Assembly: GCA_040285825.1 (NCBI GenBank) | Contig: JAUPSS010000003.1 | Span: 2,604,001-2,668,000 of the forward strand | Source of the DNA: Eukaryota sp. TZLM1-RC | Lineage: Eukaryota; Protista; Metamonada: BaSk clade | DNA: 64,000 nt | Direction: 5' to 3' | Notes under the pieces: model-generated | Database searches by the model: none | The model's input: only the letters and a program-made list of their open reading frames with translations | Told to the model about the DNA's origin: nothing | Translations under genes and position numbers: made by a program | Part shown: positions 35,458 through 46,525 of the stretch, in pieces | How positions within the stretch are numbered: position 1 is the stretch's first letter | How the letters are laid out: every line of letters starts with the position of its first letter

Positions 35458-37745
35458 TCACCTCATCATGTGGCGGTATCTAAGTGCTCCATTGACAGCA
35501 GTAATCATCATCACAGGAGGTACTTGATTGGGAATGGAAATCTGTGTAGGGCTTTGGTCATTGAAAGGTACATCCAATAAGGCAAGTTTGGTGTTTGAGT
35601 GGTAATGATTGATCGACCCTCTGGAGAAATCACCCCAAGAAGAAGGACCTGAAAGACCCCAATTATAACCAACTTTGTAAAAGTCAGAGGTTCCAACAGT
35701 GCAGTGTACCAACAGATCTGGTCTGCTGTCAATGTCTAGATTCACCCAGCTAGCCGTACATGAAAGAGGACCATTGCTGGAGCCACATCCAGGTATGATG
35801 GTATTAATAGCTCGTCTACTAGAGTAAGTAGGGTAAAGAGGAGTCTACAAACATGGCAGCAGATGCATAGGTATTACTTGTGAAACTACTGACAATGGTG
35901 CGCAAGACACATTGTCTGGTAGACGAAGCTGGGTTGTTGTAGTCGCTATTTACCTGTACATCTTCAGATACAGTACAATGTTGATCACAATCTTGTCAAA
36001 ATAAGCCTAGAGTTATGAAGAAAGACAGTAACATACTCCCTAAGGTTAAAATGAAGCGATTTAACAAACATCTTGGTCCTGAGGATAAAGGTTTTGAAAC
36101 ATGGTACACACCCAAACATAAAAGCCATAGCTACCATAATGAATGATTCCAGAGTCATCATCAAAGTTGAAGATCTGAACACCATCACGCCAAACTCGGA
36201 TTCTTGTCCCTTTGAGAGTGATCCTGATATCGTGCTTCTGACCAGGATGGAATAAAGGAAAGTTACCCTGAGTTCTTAAGACACTTCTGGAGCCGACCGT
36301 AGCCTTCAGAACACCTTCAGCATAATCTTCCCGAAGATTGCCACAGAGTCGGTGATTTAACATGACATAGACATAATAGTTGCTATCGTCTGACACTCCA
36401 AAGAGGAAACCAGCTCTAATGTAAGAATAGGAAGAACACACTCTCCATGATTAAATGCACCATAATTGTCCTCATCAATTCCCCATCTGAAATAAGCAAG
36501 ACCATTAAGCAAACTCGAATTCAATGTCAACTTCTGTACTACTATAAGCCTCAGGAGCAGGGTCTAGCCAACCCTAAAATAAGAACACAAAAGCAACAAA
36601 CTCTAGCTGGTCGTCTCCAATTACCATCAGGTAAAATTCTCCTATTAATTGATATAGGAATTCACATACCTGTTATTGCGAATCACCCAGCCAGAAGAAA
36701 CATCACTGATACTTCCAGAGAGAGCATTGGGCACTTCAATCATTCTCCAGTCTTGAAAAAGTTCAGCCGGGTCACTAGCACCACTATCAATTACATGGGA
36801 GTTTTCGCAACAAGGCCTTTCAATATTACTTCTGTACGACCATAAAGACACTGGACGACGATAAACACCACCCGTCACTACTTCAGGTACATCATCCCCA
36901 TCTAAGTCTTTCATTGCAGAAAATGAACCTACAATGTTTGGTACTTGCCCTGCAGGTGAGATTTGAAGAAAGTTCATACACAAGGTTGGGTCAGCGTGTC
37001 TTGGACTTTCATCATGCTCAGGAATATCATCATATCGGTAATGTTGCACAGCTCTGAGGGAATTGGCCGTAACCGTAGGAAGTCCATTAGCAGGCTCGTG
37101 GAGTTTTATTCCCCTGTAAACACGGTACCTGCAACGTCCATGGACATAACTAAAATGAGAGAAGAATTAACCAATCCGATCCAAATCAAAAGAGTCGTTA
37201 CGGCATTGAATGACATCACTACCTACTTGGAAATCTTTGTTACAAGCTTGACCACTGTACAAGACAGTAGCACGACTATAGCATCTATTGACGGAAAAAA
37301 CCAATCCATTGGAATCTTGGGCAACAGCAATGGACCAAGAATCAGGACGATTAGAAACACCAACTAAAGGGGAACCACGGGCATTAGGATAGTCGCCAGG
37401 CACACTGATAGGAAAACTATGTTCCTCCTCTCTTAAAGACCAAAATGGAGTGAACCCCTCACTTGAAGAAAAATGTCCATACTTAAAGAAGCAATAAAAG
37501 ATTCGATAATTAATGCGGTTATTATGGAGCCAAGCAAGAACAATAGAATCGCAATCTGCTTCATGGTAATTGACTACACTGGCAGTCATTGCATCTACAT
37601 TGGATGGAATGGAGGTGATGTTTGCGAATTTCTGTTGAGAGGATTTGTTCTTCCATTCATTCCAGGTGAAACCAATGGCGAAAGAGGAGAAGGATAAGAT
37701 GAGAAAAGGGAGAATGACCCATCGAAACCTATGATTGAAAAGCAT
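35458..37745 (-). CDS. Secreted protein with FG-GAP-like Ca-binding motifs and an inserted lectin/DUF1080-like jelly-roll domain; intron-dense
   Basis: Signal peptide MLFNHRFRWVILPFLILSFSSFAIG; DLDGDDVPEVV and LDIDSRPDLLV motifs. Introns at 36639-36669, 36574-36601, 36487-36514, 36416-36441, 36079-36111, 36040-36069, 36007-36036, 35954-35976, 35819-35852 (and probably 36950-36979) give one continuous frame. The junction at 37150-37171 and the exact 3' end are unresolved. Confidence 0.7.
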
Positions 37746-38697
37746 TTTGATTGAAGGATAAAGGTTTGATGGAGACCTAAACTGAAGACAGTAAAAGGTG
37801 TAAGTATCAGGGATGATTGAGGTGGCAAAAATTCTAACATTTTGTTCTATTTGAGAGTTCAACCCAAATAAATTTTTGCTTTCAATGACCTTCATGCAAT
37901 TCTGTTGTGTTGTCAGCGTTGACTGCTGCGAAGACACAAAGTGCACAAGTCTGACATTTGATCAGTTATAATTCTAGCCAAAACTCAACTAATCATGAAA
38001 TTCCTACATCTTACTCATCAGAAAAAATAACGACAGGATAGCGTTGCTCCCTGTACATGTTGCTGAAAATAGAATTTTCAGATATTTCCATGTCTGTTAA
38101 TTAAACACTTATCTCCTGAGTACCAGCTGCTAGGGTTCTCAAAGCGACTTAAGGTATTCTTTCATGTTTATAAAACTGTTTATGAGTTACAAGATGAAAG
38201 TAGATACTGGTGAAACAAAGTAAAGTGATGTGTTAATGAAACTTGAGTATTGTAGTTTTCGCTAGTTTTTATCAATTCAGTATGTGAAATGTGCCTATAA
38301 ACTGTATTTTGATTTTAAACATAATTAAGGATGAAACATGATAATCACCGAGTTTGACCAAAAATGGCCATTTTGAATTATTCAATAATAATTCAACTCA
38401 AAAAGTGACATGTGGTGCTTAATTGCACTGCCCAAGCTTGTAACACGATTCTCAGCACACTTAAATATCCAAGTCTGACATTCCTCTCTATAATTGTTGA
38501 AAAAAAGAACATTGGCAGCGGTGTTGGAATAAAGAGCAGCTGATGGGAGCAACTATAATGGCTTGTAATGGCTAAAGCTTCATTGAAGATTCAACATTCA
38601 TCATGATTCCGACTCGAAGGGTATCACTTACTAGGAAATCCTTGCGAACTGTGTTCAAATTGGCTACAATGATCTTCAACCGTACTTTCTTACAGAG

Positions 38698-38904
38698 ATG
38701 AAATACAATCGTAACGTTGTTATTGGTGCTGCTGCTGCTTCAGCTGCTCTCGGTCTAGGTGCCTTTGGTTACTACAAAAGGGACCAAGTAGCAAAGGCTT
38801 CAAAGAAGATGTACTCCAAGATGCCCCACTACAAGATGAAACTACCAGGTAGAAAGGGTGTTACCAGTAAACTTCCCATTCTTGGAGGAAAGAAGTCATC
38901 ATAG
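38698..38904 (+). CDS. 68-aa orphan protein with N-terminal membrane anchor and basic tail
   Basis: ATG start, VVIGAAAASAALGLGAFGYY helix, Lys-rich tail, coding-like codon use, AATAAA about 20 nt after the stop. Confidence 0.6.
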   Translation: MKYNRNVVIGAAAASAALGLGAFGYYKRDQVAKASKKMYSKMPHYKMKLPGRKGVTSKLPILGGKKSS

Positions 38905-39959
38905 CTGAATACTCATATACTAAATAAAGGTCTCCATTGATAATAAAATGCATATTTTATATTTCCTGCTTGTCTTTTAATGTACGAGTCTTGAACTATC
39001 ACAAAATACAAATGTATCTTTTTTTTTAATTTTCATTGTGGCTTCAAATCTGTAAAATTTTTCTAGAATAGCGAAAAAATGTTAAGCCTAACAATTCATT
39101 TTCACATATATATCAATGTAAAATGCACATGGAAGACATTGAATGAGGTGGTTGGTCCAGCATAATGGATGGTTGATTTAAATACTGCTGGGTTATTAAA
39201 ATTCTGGAGTTCAAATGGAGCCAAAGTCAACAGCTTTTTGAAAGTTGAAATAATTGGTAATTACTTTCTGAATTCACTCACTACAGATAACCAAATGGTA
39301 AAATCTATTTGTCAAAGTTCAGCAAACAGAGCAATCAACCACAATATCAAAATCAATAACAAATTTATTTGGTTTAATGGTTTTAAAGCCTCTTGGCACT
39401 AAAGCTTTGAATTTCGTTCATGGAAATAATTTCTGTGGAGACGAACCAACTCTTTGACATCCGTTTTGGGACATTGAATCTAAGAAATCTTCTGTTTAAG
39501 TGATTTGGATACCTTGAATAGCTTTACGACTGAATTTGAATTTTTTATTTTTTTTATTTTTTTTATCTATGGTGCTTCAAATGCTACATCTATATACAAT
39601 AAAGCTTCCGTTGTCGTGTTACATTATCAGAAAATGTGAAAATGAAAAAAAATGAAAATGAAATAAGGAAAATACATTATGGCTTTTTTTTTTAATTTTA
39701 AACAGGAAATATAATTAATCAAGCTTCCTTTGAATTTATTGCTGTGCTTACAAATAAAATTTTAAGTGAAATTATTTTTATTTTACTGTATACATTGCAA
39801 ACCCAACATTTGACTATAGGATGGTGGTATGACATTTTGAATTAAACTATTTTGAATATTTTAATTAATCACCTTCATCTTTCTTTATTCCCCACAATTT
39901 CACATACTTTTGCACGTCAATCGATGCTTTGAGATCCAATTTTTTAGGTAATTTGGTAA

Positions 39960-41112
39960 GAAATATGTCCATCAAAAACTCCTTATCATGCTTTTTTTAG
40001 TCCTAAGTTTGCATGATTCGGTTTTCCAAAAGCCTATTATTTATGCAAAAGTGCTTTTATTGGTGTTATGAAAAATTTACCTTTTGAGTGGAAACTCCAA
40101 TTTGATGAATTTCCCTTGAATGAATCACATCCTTTATGGAAGTTTCTTGAAAATACGGTGCAGGACTTACCTTCTCATGTGTAAAATGAGTGTTTTACTT
40201 CAGTTTTGCCTTCTGTCCTTTCGAGATCTGTCACTAATCTTCATCGTGTTGTTGTGAAATGTCAAAAGTCTGTTTTAAATGGTTTTCAAGACCTGGATTT
40301 TTCTAAAAGACTTAGTGTGACTAAGATTAATAATGCCGTATTTGCTGCCTTTTTGTCAGACATTCAAAATTGCACTAGTTTTATTTCTCAACAACCAAGA
40401 CCATTTGGTCTTCACCAAACAAATGAAGCTTTGAAACACATCACGCGTTTGAGATTAGGGTTGTATCCAAGTGGACCTTTGGATAATTCTGCTTGCAACG
40501 AAAAACTGTCTGCCAATTTCCGTCATATTGTGAGTTGTAAGAAATTTCTTCAATATAGGTCAGTTCTTCATAATGTTGTTCGTGATGTGACCTTTGAAAT
40601 GTTAAAGTGTTACAATTTCAGTTGCAATTTAGAACCCTTGTTGAAGCATTATAGCGACAATGATTTTTTTGATTCTCGTCGTGGTGATTAAATTGCTCCT
40701 TTTGTGGACTCCTCCCAAGTTGTTGTTGGTTTCGCTACTGTTAATCCCTTTGCTTCAATTTATCGTGATGATGTCTTGGGTGGTTTTTATGGCCACTTGG
40801 AAAACCTGAGGTTCGTAAACGAAACAAATTTGCTGAGTTAATGAATGATTTAAAGAAGAACCTTTACTCGCAGTAATTTTTTGTTCCTTTTGCCTTCTCG
40901 ATTTTTGGTAATACTAGTCAGTCTGGTTTGAATTTTTACAATGAGTTTGATAATCTTTGTCGTTCAAGTGGTGGGAATTTTGCTCGGAATATATGGAAGA
41001 ATAGTATCATCTTTGCTTTGTAAAGAAGTGTTCCCAAGTATTTTAATTAGTATTTAAGAAACCTTGAAAATGCCCTCAATGATTGATTGCTTTCTGAAAT
41101 CTAAAGTAAATA
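39960..41112 (+). mobile_element. Degenerate RLE retrotransposon 3' region, family D
   Basis: RLRLG..C..HIVSC..HNVVRD..EPLL..RRGD..FVPFAFSIFG; multiple stops. Confidence 0.75.
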
Positions 41113-42075
41113 CGTTCCCCATAATGTGCAGGAAATATCACCTAGAACACTAGTTAATTTGAGGTATTGTGTTCAAAAATTGCAACAAAAATTAACAACA
41201 ATTTGTAAAGGCTTGGATTTTAATGTTCGTCTCGACTCGGCCAAAAGGGTAATCTCGCTTTCGCAAATTTGTTGTTAGATGCTCAAAATAGTTTTTCTCC
41301 TTGTTTAATTTCTCAAAATCCCCAAATTTATGGTCTTCTTTTAGATGATACCACTTTTGCTTGTACAATGCGCCTTCGATGTATTATCTGACCCAATAAC
41401 GTTCCTCATAATTTGGTTTGCAATTGTGGAACAAAAAGTTCTCCAAATCATTTGTTTAATTGAAAACGTTTTATTACTTTTCGATCAAAAGTCCATGATG
41501 CAGTTAGAGATCAGCTCAATTGCATGTGTAAGTCTCACAGAATTGTATCCTATTCGGAACCATTACTTTCTCGTTTGGTTGATGAGGACACTTTGAATTG
41601 TTTTGGTTGTAACAGAGGTGATTTAATGCTTGAAGGACTTGATGGGACATCTATAATTACTGATGTGAGACCAACTGATGTGTGTAATAATTCTTTCATA
41701 CCATTAGCTCAGTCAAAATACAAGAATCCGCTGGCTGTTGCCGAAAATTCTAAAATTGATAAATATAAAGCAAAGTTGGTTTCCTTAAATGCTGAATCTC
41801 ACACTTATAATGTCCTTTGCCCATTTGCTTTTTCCTTACATGGTACGCTTGTACCACTTGGTTAATCTTTTTTGGATGATTTTGTTGAAATTGTAAAACA
41901 ACGGACTTGAGGAATTTGACAAAAAGTTTTGTCGGAACAGAATTGTATTTTAAATTTTTAAAGGTGTTGTCCCGATATTGTCTTCTGCTTTATTATCTCT
42001 TGGTCGCTTCTTGAAGGAAAATCTTCCAGTCAAATTTTGTTGGCTGATTTGGGATATGAAGATTTAGGATTTTAG
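41113..42075 (+). mobile_element. Degenerate RLE retrotransposon 3' region, family C
   Basis: C.C..H..HDAVRD..EPLL..RGDL..ITDV..E..KIDKY..PFAFSLHG. Confidence 0.8.
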
Positions 42076-42095
42076 TTTTTTTTTCAAATTTGAAA

Positions 42096-42668
42096 TTTAT
42101 TTTCAACGCTAACAAAACATTAAACAAAAAAACTAAAACTCAATATCCTCAATACACGCATCAACATCATCAAATCTTTTAAGCGCGCGATTTTCATACT
42201 CTATTCCTAATTGTAACAGTGCTGTGGTCAACATTTCTGAAATTGCTTTAAGAATACTAAAAACAATTCTATTGTGCCAGAAATTGAAGTTCAATTCTTT
42301 TCCTGCTCTTTCTTTTATTAATCTTCTGAAACCTTCGAGAAATTTAATGCCAGATATTCCAATGTTACCAAAAAGAGAAACAGCAAATGGAACCAGCTGA
42401 TATTTGACATGCTCAACACGTCCTAGCTGAGATAAGGGTTCATTGTACTTTTTCATTTTGTTCTTTTCAGCAAAGCAAAGTGGAGTTTCATCTTTTTGAG
42501 CAAAATCAATTGCTGAGTCTTTACAAACATCAACAGTAACAACATCAACAACATTGATCACACCATCAGACCCAGGGGTAATTAAATCAGCAAGGCGTTT
42601 TCCAAAAGTATTTTCATCATCATTTTCAGATGACAACCTTCGCACAAGTGGTTCAACAAAAGCTTCAT
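42096..42668 (-). mobile_element. RLE retrotransposon 3' fragment, family B2 (170-aa open endonuclease frame)
   Basis: ADL..VVDV..AEKNK.KKY..VPFAVSLFGNIG..W.NRI; lies tail-to-tail with family C. Confidence 0.85.
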
Positions 42669-43265
42669 TTTAGTTTTTGTGTTAGGTTTGTTTAAAGTAA
42701 TAAATTACAATAGTTGCAGAAAAAAAAAGTATTTTAATTTAATGATTAAGGTTTAGAAGGAGTCTTCAAGAGTTGTTTTGGGGAATTTTGTTTCTTATTT
42801 GTTTTCTTTTGTTTTGTATTTACGTGGAAAATAAATGTTTATTTAACTTTTAATATATTCCAAAAAAATTAAATTGAATGCCAGAATAATCCATAAATGG
42901 AATAATTTAAACTGAAACTTAATAGGAACCAAATTAATTCAAATAAAATAATTAAGAAACATTATTTTAAATGAGGATAAACCTTTTGAAGAGTTCATGA
43001 CAGGTAGAATATTTGAAAATATACGCCAAAATCAAAATAAAATAATTCACAAAAACAATTGTAAAATAAATAAAAAACTAAATTTACTGCAAAAAATGAT
43101 TTTTAAAATATTACTTAATACTGCAAACTTAAAATACATCATCTTGCACATAATTATTGTACCCGTAGAAGACACTGAACTGAGAAATTCAACTTAAGGG
43201 TGTTTTAGTGTACACCTTGTAATAAACACAAAATTTATACAAAACAAATAAACAAAGCGAAACTA

Positions 43266-43724
43266 TCATAGTCCCTTAAATGCTGTGCACATTAAGAAAC
43301 ACATAACAGTAATGGCAAGAGCGACAAGAATATAAACTGACCAAATGCCCCAGAAGCAGAAATCACGAAGGAAAGTATCACAAACTTCGGCACCAAATGT
43401 TTGTACATTGAAGATGATAAACCATACAAGCACAAAAAGTCCGATGACTCCTCCGATAGTCTTGACAGTCTTATCACGATCCTTGTCATCAGTAGCACCT
43501 CTGATCAAAGGAATGGTAGACGAGAAAACTTGAGAGGGAATCGATGTCAAACCGTAAATAAAGGCGAACAAAGCCAATGGTCGATCACATTCAGCATCAT
43601 TGAACAAGTAAATCAGACCAACAACAAGAAAACCTAGATGTAGAATCATGAACAGAATGTTGAATACGATTGCAGCAATAAACTGACGCTTAGCAGCTTT
43701 GATCATGGCAGAAAATGGATCCAT
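43266..43724 (-). CDS. 152-aa four-transmembrane protein, copy 2
   Basis: Identical to 12550-13008 except one substitution (K/E). Confidence 0.8.
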   Translation of the reverse strand: MDPFSAMIKAAKRQFIAAIVFNILFMILHLGFLVVGLIYLFNDAECDRPLALFAFIYGLTSIPSQVFSSTIPLIRGATDDKDRDKTVKTIGGVIGLFVLVWFIIFNVQTFGAEVCDTFLRDFCFWGIWSVYILVALAITVMCFLMCTAFKGL

Positions 43725-43789
43725 TACGTATGTCGAGACAGAAATAACAAATTGATAATCAATAATTTCATTTCAAAATATGCATCCTC

Positions 43790-46110
43790 CTTCCCTCTTC
43801 AATTTTGGATAAAAAATTTTCTGATCAAGAAATCTGAAAATCTTGTGGAAAATAAAGATTGTTCTAGAATGAAGAAACGCTTTCACAAATGTTCCAACTG
43901 CCGAAAAGAGGGACAAAATGTCCGAACGTGTCCCAATGTTGGAAAACATGATGTTGCAAATTCTGGAAAAAATGCAGAAGAGAATTTACTAGAAGAATTG
44001 AATCTGAAGAAAAATCAATCAGTGATCCTCCTCAAGTTGTCGCAAAACCAGTGACCAATTGTATCAAACACAAAATTTGCAGCAATTGTGGTGTTGCTTT
44101 CAGAAAAAATACAAAAGGTAAAACTGCTGATGGATGCTTGAAATGTCCAATAGAAGACGATTACCGTCCTCCCATAGAAATCCCCCAAGAAATAAATCCG
44201 TCGAAATGCAATGCATTTTCTTTTTTTAAAAGATTTTTGGATCAATTATGTAAGGGAAAATATTCTATCAACATTTTCTGGCGATTCTTTGGTTCTTTGT
44301 ATGCTCCTTTTGAACAAAATTTCGTTGAAAACATTGTAGAATTAACTTATAATGTACCAAGAAAACTGTCATCAGAAATTGAGCAAAGTTTTCGAAGATA
44401 AATGCTTTGATAACAAGTGGTCTAGTGATGCCGTTAGGCAGATGAACACACGAAGGAGAGAGAGAAATCTGTTGTTTATTAATAAAACTGATTCATAAAT
44501 GAGTATCACGTCATCAGTCGAAATACAAAGAAACCTACTAATTCAATTTGAGTTCAACAACAACACTACTTGTTCCCACTTTTCTGAGGACAAATACAGT
44601 ACTGGCTCAATAGAGGGAAGATATGGGGTTTGTTAAACTCTTTGGTGCATCGTTTGTGTGACACAAATAATTTACCTCATGTTTGATTTTAGATGGACAA
44701 TCACGGGAGATGTGTCCAGGCTTGTGGCACTTGAAGCACAATTGATTTTTTAAATCCTGAGAGCGCCAAGAGGACCTCGTTTTAGTGCCAGCCGTACGTT
44801 CCACATCATTCACTGAGGTTTTGAAACCACGAGTCCATGAAGCAACCCTAGAGCAGTCCAACAGCTCATCAGTAGTGGTTTCGACAAGAGAGTGAAGATC
44901 TGGGAATACATCATCTCGAATTCTCGCTAGTAGAGAACGTTGAAGACCTACGGGAAGAATTCCTCTGGCAAATCGATTCAGAAAAGCTGTGTCTGGTAAC
45001 TTCAGTCCGGAAGTACTACTCTTTACCTGGAGGAAACGTCGCAGGTAACAGGACATACGTTCTCGGACGTCACCAATACGGACATCAAGCTTCAGTTCTG
45101 ACATAGCCAGACTAAAATCTTCGTACGTGGCGAACGATACGACAGATTGAAGATGTCTAAGAAGAACATCGTCACTGGAAAAGACGTCGGATTTCTGGAG
45201 AGATAGGGACTCTAACAGAAAAGAATCGACCAAGAGTCTTGCTGGAACAAGCTCTTTCTTAAAAGTCACAGAAGAATAGATCTTCCACTCTTGTAGGAAC
45301 AAAGAGAAAACTTTCAACTTTCATGGAAGAAAGAGACGGGAGGTTGACAGAAGGAACAGTCATCTGAAATAAGAAGGGCCAATAATTATTGATGCCGTTA
45401 GGCAGATGAACACACGAAGGAGAGAGAGAAATCTGTTGTTTATTAATAAAACTGATTCATAAATGAGTATCACGTCATCAGTCGAAATACAAAGAAACCT
45501 ACTAATTCAATTTGAGTTCAACAACAACACTAGTGCTTGTCTACTTTAAATCAAAGCTCCCAACAATCAACAGACTATAGATAGTCTCAAAATCCTACAT
45601 CCATTTGAAAACCCAATAATGGATCAAAATTATTGTGGAGATTATTGGGAAAGCTATCCATTGATGACAGCCGAGGTATTTTTAGTAATCAAAAAGTGAC
45701 CTCACGGAAAGTCTGCAGGTCTTTCGGGGCTTTCTATTGATCATATCAAAGCTGCGGTAATTTCTTTAGAAAATTGTCTAATTTTATTAACATATTTTTC
45801 AATAGAGTTTTATCTGGTCAACTCAAATATGCTCTGAATTGTTCGAAATTGATAACTTGTCAATCTTCATTACATGATGCTGTTAGAGACAATGTTTTTA
45901 ATATGGCACAAACTGCAAGGATATCGTGTATCAATGAGCCTCTGCTGAAGGAAACACTTTCTCTGAATAATTTTGGTTCTGATGATAGAGGTGATGTATA
46001 CTGTGATAGGATTGATAATTCTGAAGCTATTATTGACTTTGTCTCATGTAATGTTGCAAATGATACTTTGGTTCACAGAGGAAAACTTAATACTGTAAAT
46101 GCCCTCAAAT
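43790..46110 (+). mobile_element. Internally deleted family A element, copy 2, interrupted by an LTR element
   Basis: Colinear with 13075-14290. Confidence 0.75.
44426..45529 (-). mobile_element. Gag-only LTR retroelement (TR-GAG-like), 1104 bp
   Basis: Identical 140-bp TG..CA LTRs at 44426-44565 and 45390-45529; CTAG TSD at 44422-44425 and 45530-45533; empty site near 13711; purine tract AGAAAAGTGGGAACAAGTAG before the 3' LTR; gag with CFKCHKPGHISRDC knuckle at 44607-45317. Confidence 0.93.
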
Positions 46111-46119
46111 TCTATATAT

Positions 46120-46337
46120 TTATCAAACTTGCACACTTAACAAAGTAAACTCATAACTAATGGGACGAAATTCATTGAACCAACAATTCCTTTACAAAAT
46201 CTTGATCTACTTGCTGTCTCGCTAAAGTTTCTCTAATTCGATTGAAAAACCGAGGCAATCTATTAATTATGGCAAATTGAAAATGAATTTCGCCCCATTA
46301 GTTATGAGTTTATTTTGTTAAGTGTGCAAGTTAAATA
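46120..46337. repeat. Fold-back pair of family A 3' ends (inverted ~50-bp arms)
   Basis: About 46127-46176 is the reverse complement of about 46283-46332, and the arms share variant bases. Confidence 0.8.
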
Positions 46338-46525
46338 AGAAAAAGTTTTAATAACAAAAATAACGTAAATCTGAATCATTCAAATAAAATCATTGATAAA
46401 CTTTATCTTAAATGAGGATACATCGTTAAAAGAGTTAATGAAAGAAGACTATTTGACAATAGATCCGCGGAAGAATAAAAAATAAAAGACTAAATTTTGA
46501 AAACTAAATTCCATCAATTTTTAAC

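Larger units (their letters stand above)
41746..45950 (+). repeat. Segmental duplication, copy 2 (with LTR insertion)
   Basis: Colinear with 10841-14100. Confidence 0.92.

Noticed and set aside
11015-46337. Recurrent ~50-nt motif CCCATTAGTTATGAG..GTGTGCAAATTCAATAAAT as a CRISPR-like repeat or ncRNA
   Set aside because: It is dispersed, occurs in both orientations, and follows the stop codon of the family A ORF, so it is that element's 3' UTR
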